A stretch of 64,000 bases of DNA from Bdellovibrionota bacterium (GTDB taxonomy: Bacteria; Bdellovibrionota_G; JALEGL01; DATDPG01): assembly GCA_963668355.1 (NCBI GenBank), contig OY764265.1, positions 2,720,001 to 2,784,000 on the forward strand. Reading direction: 5' to 3'. Position numbers and translations under genes: made by a program. Below, piece after piece: positions 57,914 through 64,000 of the stretch. The notes beneath the pieces are model-generated. The model had not been told where the DNA came from. It ran no database searches and saw nothing but the letters and a program-made list of their open reading frames with translations. Within the stretch, counting starts at the first letter, position 1. Each line of letters begins with the position of its first letter.

Positions 57914-60217
57914 TTAGGATGATGGAGGCAACATCTGGAACGAACAACAGGGTTCCAACGTAAACTCGAAGATGTTTAACTCTTCAAAGGTGAAGAGTTC
58001 TTCATCATCGGTTTCCCCGTCGCTGTCGGCGTCAATCCAGACTTTCAGCTCAGAAAAGAGAGCTTCATCCTCTTCAATGACGTCTCCGGCTTGATCGTAG
58101 AGTTCTTGCCAAAAGGCGAAGTCGTTGATGTCGTCCACCAAATCATTCGTGTTGCGATCCAGAATGAGATAGCCATCCTCCGGATTGAGCCAGGAAGTCC
58201 ACTCCAGAACGTCATCGGCATCAATGTCGAATTGGACCGTTTCCGTAAACGGCATGCTTTCATTCAAATCCGTATCCAAGAAGAGAACTTGATACGACTC
58301 GTCGTTGCCCGTCACCGCAATCGACACACCATCCGCTGCCGTGTATGGACCATCCACCGTATCCCGGATAATCGCATAAATCACATACGTTCCTGGAAGT
58401 GCGGGGATCACCCACTCCACATCCATTCCGCTTTCGAAAGCTTCAGAATCATCCTCAGGATCGGTGATTTCATTGGGCGGCGTATTTTCGTGAATGTAAT
58501 ACACACCTTCCAGAACGATTTTATCCAGGTCATCATCTTCCGCTTCCAGATGGATCTGAAGCGTCATTCCAGTGGAAAATCCACTATCTGGAACCAGCGT
58601 CAAATCCAATTGAGGCCGCTGACTGATGGTGAACGTATATTCCGTTTCACTTGTCTCTTGCGTTACATTTCCGCCTACATCCGTTGCCGTCACTCTCAAA
58701 TGACCCGATGTTCCCACGGGAGGAAAGGGGTCAATTCCGTTCGGCGTAAAACGCAAGGCCCGGTTTCCATTATTGGCCGCATCGGTTGACGAAACGAGTT
58801 CGTAAACCGTGGTGTCCGTGGCCACAAAATCCAAGACATAATCGAGGTCTCGATCTCGACAATTGTCATCTCCTTGAACAGTGACGGTGTAAGACTCGCC
58901 GTTTTCAAGGTCATCATGGGTTGTCGATGGGAACGTGACGGAGATTTCGGGCGCTTCCGTGTCCCGAATGATCGTAACCGTCACAGTTCCATCCGCCGGA
59001 TCGGACCAATTGCCAAACAAGTCCATTCCATTCACGGAATAAACCTTCTCAATCGCCTCGGTTGGGTTTTCATCATGATGTCGATACGGGTAATCGTACG
59101 CCGTACTTCCATATCGATGGCCATCCAAGCGCACGCCATCCTCAAAAAAGACCGCTTTGACCCAGTCGCTAGGTAAAGGAGGAATTAAATTTTCCGTGTG
59201 AATGGCTCGCGCCCGATAATACTGCCGAGGACAAATATTTCCGTCACTGACTTCCCACGAATCATCATCGGCCCGTTCATAAAGCGTAAAACTGGCCAAC
59301 TCCGGAGACGTTGAATCCGACAGAGGAAGCTCCGCAAGTTCAAAAAAGTTCTCGTAGGTTTGTGAATCGCTAAAGGTTCCATCGGTCGCCGTGATGACTA
59401 AGTCATAAAAACCCAAAAACTCATCGGCGTCTTGCTCATAAGGCGTTCTCCAACGATCCCCCCAGGAAACGGCGATGTTGGATCCCGTACCACGGGTGAG
59501 TTCATGCGTGTACACCGGGTTGGTGGTCTCCCCAGCCTTAAAGAGGTTTACGGTTATGTCAAACGTGTTATCGCAGGAATCTCCTGAACTTAGATCGAAT
59601 CGGTAATACACATGTGGGTCCCGATAAAAAGACTCGGCGCCATGCGTACCATCCGCAAGAAACTGCCTTGAAGCGGTCGGATAGTACGTTGAGGTGCTCG
59701 GAGCATCAATATTGATTTCAGGTCCCGCAGTGTTCGTACAATGGTCGGTGGTTCCACACGCTTCGTTGGAACGAGCTGATTCCCCTGAATTATTATAGGC
59801 CGTGACCTGATAGCAGTAAGTGGTGCTTTGAGATAAACCAGAATTTTCATAGGTCGTGACATTGGGCGAAGAGGTGCTTTCAATTTCGGCGTACGAACCC
59901 GTCGTCCCCGTTTTGCGGTAAATTTTGTATCCCGATTCGTACAGGACGTCTCCCCAACTCAAGCTCAGACTATTGATGCTTGTAGAAGTGATGGAGAGTC
60001 CCGCGGGCGTCTCGGGGATTTCCCCACCAAAGCCTCCAGTACCTCCAAGCCCCCCCAAGGGAGAGGGATCATCATCTTCAAAATCATCCACATAGATTTC
60101 TTGTCCTTCTCCGTCAGGTGGTTCATCTAGAACCGTGTAGCCGAAGTTAAATCCTCCGGAGCTACACCCCGTCAAAAAAATCAGGATTGAAATGATGGAT
60201 AAATATGTTTTGTTCAT
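57914..60217 (-). CDS. acidic surface lipoprotein with FN3 and Ig-like domains and a C-terminal FrpC/RTX-associated Ca-binding module
   Basis: LTGC lipobox; FN3 (LSW...GYKIYR...GLSQSTTYCYQVTAYN); C-terminal FDIDAD...W...DG.L.LDRN...LKVWID.DSDG....EL. Confidence 0.78.
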   Translation of the reverse strand: MNKTYLSIISILIFLTGCSSGGFNFGYTVLDEPPDGEGQEIYVDDFEDDDPSPLGGLGGTGGFGGEIPETPAGLSITSTSINSLSLSWGDVLYESGYKIYRKTGTTGSYAEIESTSSPNVTTYENSGLSQSTTYCYQVTAYNNSGESARSNEACGTTDHCTNTAGPEINIDAPSTSTYYPTASRQFLADGTHGAESFYRDPHVYYRFDLSSGDSCDNTFDITVNLFKAGETTNPVYTHELTRGTGSNIAVSWGDRWRTPYEQDADEFLGFYDLVITATDGTFSDSQTYENFFELAELPLSDSTSPELASFTLYERADDDSWEVSDGNICPRQYYRARAIHTENLIPPLPSDWVKAVFFEDGVRLDGHRYGSTAYDYPYRHHDENPTEAIEKVYSVNGMDLFGNWSDPADGTVTVTIIRDTEAPEISVTFPSTTHDDLENGESYTVTVQGDDNCRDRDLDYVLDFVATDTTVYELVSSTDAANNGNRALRFTPNGIDPFPPVGTSGHLRVTATDVGGNVTQETSETEYTFTISQRPQLDLTLVPDSGFSTGMTLQIHLEAEDDDLDKIVLEGVYYIHENTPPNEITDPEDDSEAFESGMDVEWVIPALPGTYVIYAIIRDTVDGPYTAADGVSIAVTGNDESYQVLFLDTDLNESMPFTETVQFDIDADDVLEWTSWLNPEDGYLILDRNTNDLVDDINDFAFWQELYDQAGDVIEEDEALFSELKVWIDADSDGETDDEELFTFEELNIFEFTLEPCCSFQMLPPSS

Positions 60218-60248
60218 TCGGGTACCCTCTTCAAGGCTGTCCTTTAAT

Positions 60249-60263
60249 GCAAAAGATGCTCCA
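60249..60263 (-). promoter_or_regulatory. sigma54-like promoter (TGGAGC-atctt-TTGC)
   Basis: GG-N10-GC 31 nt upstream of ATG 60217; AT-rich IHF-like region near 60298-60310. Confidence 0.55.
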
Positions 60264-60360
60264 AAATGGCTCAAAAACTAGCCACTTTTTCCTTATATTT
60301 TAACACTTTAGAAAAACGAACCATGATCTGGAATGGAAAGCTTCAAAAACTACGCAAAAA

Positions 60361-61200
60361 TTACTTTTTTTCGGCATTTTCTGCGTACGCAAAGCTACTT
60401 TTAAGCAGGTTCAGGTAGTCGGAGCCCGCTTGCAGGTAGAGGTCATTGTGATGAGCTCCCTTCACTTCCAGAAAACGTTTCGGCTCTGGAGCCGTTTCGA
60501 AAAGCTCTTTTCCCATTTCAAACGGAACAATTTCATCTTCGGTTCCATGGATCACCGTGAGCGGAATCCTTAGTCCCGAAATTTTTGAAATGGAGTTGTA
60601 CGAATTGGAAACGGCCATGCTTGGAACGAAGGGAAAAAGTTTCGCAGCCAACTTTTTGAGTGACGTGAACGTACTTTCAACTGTAAGGCTGGCAACAGGA
60701 AATTGCGTTGCCAGTTCAATGGCAACGGCTCCACCCAAAGATTCTCCAAACAGAAAGATTTGATTCGGCGAAAGCTTCTCCACATTTCTCAAATATTGGT
60801 AGGCGGCTTTGGCATCTTCATACAAACCCTCCTCATCCGGTTTTCCTTGGCTTTGACCGTAACCTCGATAGTCCAATAACAGAACTCGAACTGGAAAGTC
60901 TCTCCAACGAACCACGCGATCCAAACGATGGCTGATATTTCCGGCATTCCCATGAAAAAACAAAACAACGGGTTTGTGTTTCTTCTCTCCGACCATCCAC
61001 GCATGAAGGGAAACGCCATCTTCAGTGCGAATCTGGACATCCTCATGATTCAGATCAAAATCTTCGGGAGAACCAAAAAAAGCCTTCTCAGGATAATACA
61101 ACATCTGATTTTCCAAATAAGGAACGCCCACAACACCTCCAAACGAAATCAAACAACCGTAAATGAGAATTCGTTTCCAAATCTTCACGCCGTCCCCCAT
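60361..61200 (-). CDS. alpha/beta hydrolase (ABHD13/BEM46-like), membrane-anchored
   Basis: FHGNAGN, DYRGYG.S.G.P.E.G, GESLGG, HGT.DEIVP, HHND; may start at GTG 61188. Confidence 0.9.
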   Translation of the reverse strand: MGDGVKIWKRILIYGCLISFGGVVGVPYLENQMLYYPEKAFFGSPEDFDLNHEDVQIRTEDGVSLHAWMVGEKKHKPVVLFFHGNAGNISHRLDRVVRWRDFPVRVLLLDYRGYGQSQGKPDEEGLYEDAKAAYQYLRNVEKLSPNQIFLFGESLGGAVAIELATQFPVASLTVESTFTSLKKLAAKLFPFVPSMAVSNSYNSISKISGLRIPLTVIHGTEDEIVPFEMGKELFETAPEPKRFLEVKGAHHNDLYLQAGSDYLNLLKSSFAYAENAEKK

Positions 61201-61225
61201 TTTACACCTACAAAAAGTAAACGTT

Positions 61226-62119
61226 TCACTTTTGATAGTTTTGGATTCGGGCGAAATGGATCAGCCCCACCCCGCTTAGAATGAGAGCCGCACCGATCAG
61301 AGCGTTGATCGCGGGCCATTCTCCGTAATACAGCCAATCCAGTAAAATCGCGACCATCGGCACCAAATACGTCACCGCAGAAGCTCGCAAGGCTCCCCAG
61401 TTTCGAATCAAATGCGAAAACATGAGCCATGCGATCGCCGTTGAAAACACGCCCAAATACACCAGACTCATACTTGCCTTTGAAATTTGAGCCAGACCTC
61501 CAACCCACTCCAAGGACTCCGTCATCCAACTCAAGAAAATCAACGACAAAGACCCCATCATTCCCTGCAACGCCAAATTCCAGCGATTTGGGACCAAGCC
61601 CACGGAACGTTTGAATGCAATGGTTCCCAACGCATAGGAAACCGCCATCACAATGATGGCCAACATCCCCGGCATGCTTTCTTCCATCAAAGTCACCTGA
61701 GACAGCGCAGGATAAAAAATGAAAAGAATCCCAAAGAATCCCAGCAACACTCCAGCCAACTTTAACGCAGTCAAAGGCTCATCCGATAACAGCCACCAAG
61801 AAAACAACAATACAAACAAAGGAACCGTACTGTTTAAAATGGAAGCCAGAGCCGGATTAACGCTTTGCTCTCCCCAAAACAAACAGGCCCAAGGAATCGT
61901 AAAATTCAAAAGTCCAATCGTGCTCACCCGAAAGGCCGTCTTCCAGTTTCCGCGCCATTCAAGTCGTTGAATCCAAATGACGCACAAAAAGAAAATCGTC
62001 GCTATGGATGTTCGAACAGCAGCCGCTGCAAAAGGAGGAAACGCCTCTACCGAAAAACGAATGGCAATGAACGACCCGCCCCAAAAAAGGACGAGCAAAG
62101 TAAAAAACAAAAGATTCAT
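61226..62119 (-). CDS. DMT/EamA family transporter
   Basis: WGGSF, about 10 TM helices in a duplicated EamA pattern, YLVP. Confidence 0.9.
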   Translation of the reverse strand: MNLLFFTLLVLFWGGSFIAIRFSVEAFPPFAAAAVRTSIATIFFLCVIWIQRLEWRGNWKTAFRVSTIGLLNFTIPWACLFWGEQSVNPALASILNSTVPLFVLLFSWWLLSDEPLTALKLAGVLLGFFGILFIFYPALSQVTLMEESMPGMLAIIVMAVSYALGTIAFKRSVGLVPNRWNLALQGMMGSLSLIFLSWMTESLEWVGGLAQISKASMSLVYLGVFSTAIAWLMFSHLIRNWGALRASAVTYLVPMVAILLDWLYYGEWPAINALIGAALILSGVGLIHFARIQNYQK

Positions 62120-62150
62120 GGAAAGATGTTATGAAACAAAAGATCGAGAA

Positions 62151-62876
62151 CTAGCTCGAACATTTCTCAATCAAATTTTTCATCTCCCGAACGGCTGGGC
62201 CCAAACCGATATAAAGTGCCTGTGCCACAACTCCATGCCCAATTTGAAAAGATTCGATCCCTGGAATGGCCGCCACCTCTTGAATGTTGTGATAGTGCAA
62301 ACCATGTCCGGCATGCACGGTCAGTCGCAATTTCTGAGAAAAATTAACGGCTTCTCGAATTCTTTCCAATTCGCGTCCTTTGTCATCCGCCCTTACGGTA
62401 TTTGCATACTTTCCGGTGTGTATTTCGACGGCCTGAGCACCCATCCGGTGGGCCAATTTCACGGATCCTGGTTCAGGGTCGATAAACAAGGACACAATAA
62501 TCCCCGCTTCTCGAAGCAAAGCAATGGATCGAGTAAAGGAATCACCCAATAAAGAGAGATCCAATCCACCCTCTGTGGTTAACTCTTCTCTCCTTTCCGG
62601 AACCAAGGTCACGACGTTTGGTTTAATATCCAAGGCAAAGCGAACCATTTCCTGGGTCGCGGCCATTTCAAAATTTAACTCAGTTTGTACGGTTTCGCGT
62701 AACAAGCGCACATCCCGATCTTGAACATGACGTCGATCCTCTCGCAAATGGCACGTAATGTTATCGGCTCCGTTAAACTCAGCCATAGCTGCAGCGGAAA
62801 CCGGATCTGGATAAGTTGTTTTTCGCTGTTGCCTGAGCGTAGCCACATGATCAATATTGATTCCCAGACGTGCCAT
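62151..62876 (-). CDS. pdxJ: pyridoxine 5'-phosphate synthase
   Basis: LGINIDHVATLRQ, HLREDRRH, TTEGGLD, AGHGL, IGH. Confidence 0.97.
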   Translation of the reverse strand: MARLGINIDHVATLRQQRKTTYPDPVSAAAMAEFNGADNITCHLREDRRHVQDRDVRLLRETVQTELNFEMAATQEMVRFALDIKPNVVTLVPERREELTTEGGLDLSLLGDSFTRSIALLREAGIIVSLFIDPEPGSVKLAHRMGAQAVEIHTGKYANTVRADDKGRELERIREAVNFSQKLRLTVHAGHGLHYHNIQEVAAIPGIESFQIGHGVVAQALYIGLGPAVREMKNLIEKCSS

Positions 62877-64000
62877 TACCCAACTCCAATCTCGGATTCA
62901 ATTGCCGCAACAATATCGTCCGCCAAACGTTGTACTTGATCTGGATTTTCACCTTCAACCATGACTCTTGCTTTAGGCTCCGTTCCAGAATATCGAACCA
63001 AAACCCGACCACTCTCTTTCAATTCCTTTTCCGCGCTTGTGATGCAACCGGAAACCGAGCCCAGTTCATTTAGGGGTTTTCGCTCTCGAACCTTTACATT
63101 CTTTAAGACTTGGGGAAAACGCGGAACCAAATCTCGATAAAATGAGAGCGGTTGATTCGCCCGGCACAACTCTTCCAATAAAAGAATGGCGGAGAGAATT
63201 CCGTCTCCCGTGGTGCTTCGATTCAAGCACAACAAATGCCCAGAAGGTTCTCCTCCCAGCATGCTTTGAGTCTCGCGCATTTTTTCCACCACATAACGGT
63301 CTCCGACAGATGCGCGGCAAAATGAAATCCCATTTTCCCGATAATATTTTTCCAAACCAAAATTAGACATCACCGTGCCGACAACGCCGGATCCTAAAAC
63401 GCCTCTTTCTTGCATGGGTTTGGAAAGAATAGCCAACAGGTCATCCCCATCGAAGACGTGCCCGCTTTCATCGCAAACCATAATGCGATCTCCGTCCCCA
63501 TCGAAGGCAATTCCCATATTGGCTCGTTGTTCCAAGACCACTTTGGCCAAGCGCTTCGGATTTAACGCTCCACAATGTTTGTTGATGTTGGTTCCGTTGG
63601 GATCTTTCCCCAATACATGTACACGCGCGCCCAATTCCGTAAATACCGTCGGCGCAATTTTATAGGTAGCTCCGTGGGCACAATCCAAAACAAACTTCAT
63701 GCCTTTCAGAGAATGTTCCCGCGAAAAATTATGTTTGAGATACGTAATGTAGCGGCCTCGAGCATCATCCAAGCGAACAATCTTTCCGACATCCGCAGAA
63801 TTTGGACGTTCTCGATCTAAGTCCACCGAAGAAGCCACCAAGGCTTCGATTTCAGCTTCCACGGTATCTTGAAGCTTGAATCCATCTGGACCAAAAAATT
63901 TCACGCCATTGTCTTCGAAGGCATTATGAGACGCTGAAATCATGACCCCGGCATCCGCCCTCATTTCAGAGGTTAAAAAAGCTACTCCAGGAGTAGGAAT
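62876..64000 (-). CDS. glmM: phosphoglucosamine mutase (5' end outside the window)
   Basis: ISASHN..EDNGVKFF, FDGDGDR, VGDRYV, GGEPSGH, RYSGTEP. Confidence 0.95.
   Translation of the reverse strand: MPTPGVAFLTSEMRADAGVMISASHNAFEDNGVKFFGPDGFKLQDTVEAEIEALVASSVDLDRERPNSADVGKIVRLDDARGRYITYLKHNFSREHSLKGMKFVLDCAHGATYKIAPTVFTELGARVHVLGKDPNGTNINKHCGALNPKRLAKVVLEQRANMGIAFDGDGDRIMVCDESGHVFDGDDLLAILSKPMQERGVLGSGVVGTVMSNFGLEKYYRENGISFCRASVGDRYVVEKMRETQSMLGGEPSGHLLCLNRSTTGDGILSAILLLEELCRANQPLSFYRDLVPRFPQVLKNVKVRERKPLNELGSVSGCITSAEKELKESGRVLVRYSGTEPKARVMVEGENPDQVQRLADDIVAAIESEIGVG

Overview
Bacterial chromosomal segment. Gene content and order suggest a deltaproteobacterial-type lineage (Bdellovibrionota/Myxococcota-like); this is an inference. 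The backbone is housekeeping: maf, proC, truA, asd, pssA/psd, fur, comEC, uvrC, tRNA-Val(CAC), rng, rsmI, pepA, der-rnc-mtaB, nadD, mnmA, comEA, lysC, tsaE, nnr, pdxJ and glmM. Accessory exported proteins are interspersed. I saw no CRISPR array, transposase or integrase. The most notable items are: (1) a 41.6-50.3 kb signalling island with a 7TM-DISM-type double-kinase sensor divergent from a tandem-PilZ/GNAT-like enzyme and an ICMT-family methyltransferase, plus two paralogous stand-alone receivers and an HTH gene with paired palindromic operators; (2) a 1729-aa exported protein with two copies of a CheD/CNF1-like Cys-His deamidase-type domain; (3) five sigma54-type promoters with IHF-like sites, all in front of accessory genes; (4) two unannotated structured sRNA candidates; (5) two tiny Lys/Arg-rich ORFs missed by the ORF track; (6) a bacterial Tam41-like protein; (7) a tRNA 3'-end tandem repeat; (8) many apparently leaderless genes. 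All family calls come from motif recognition by eye, not database searches.
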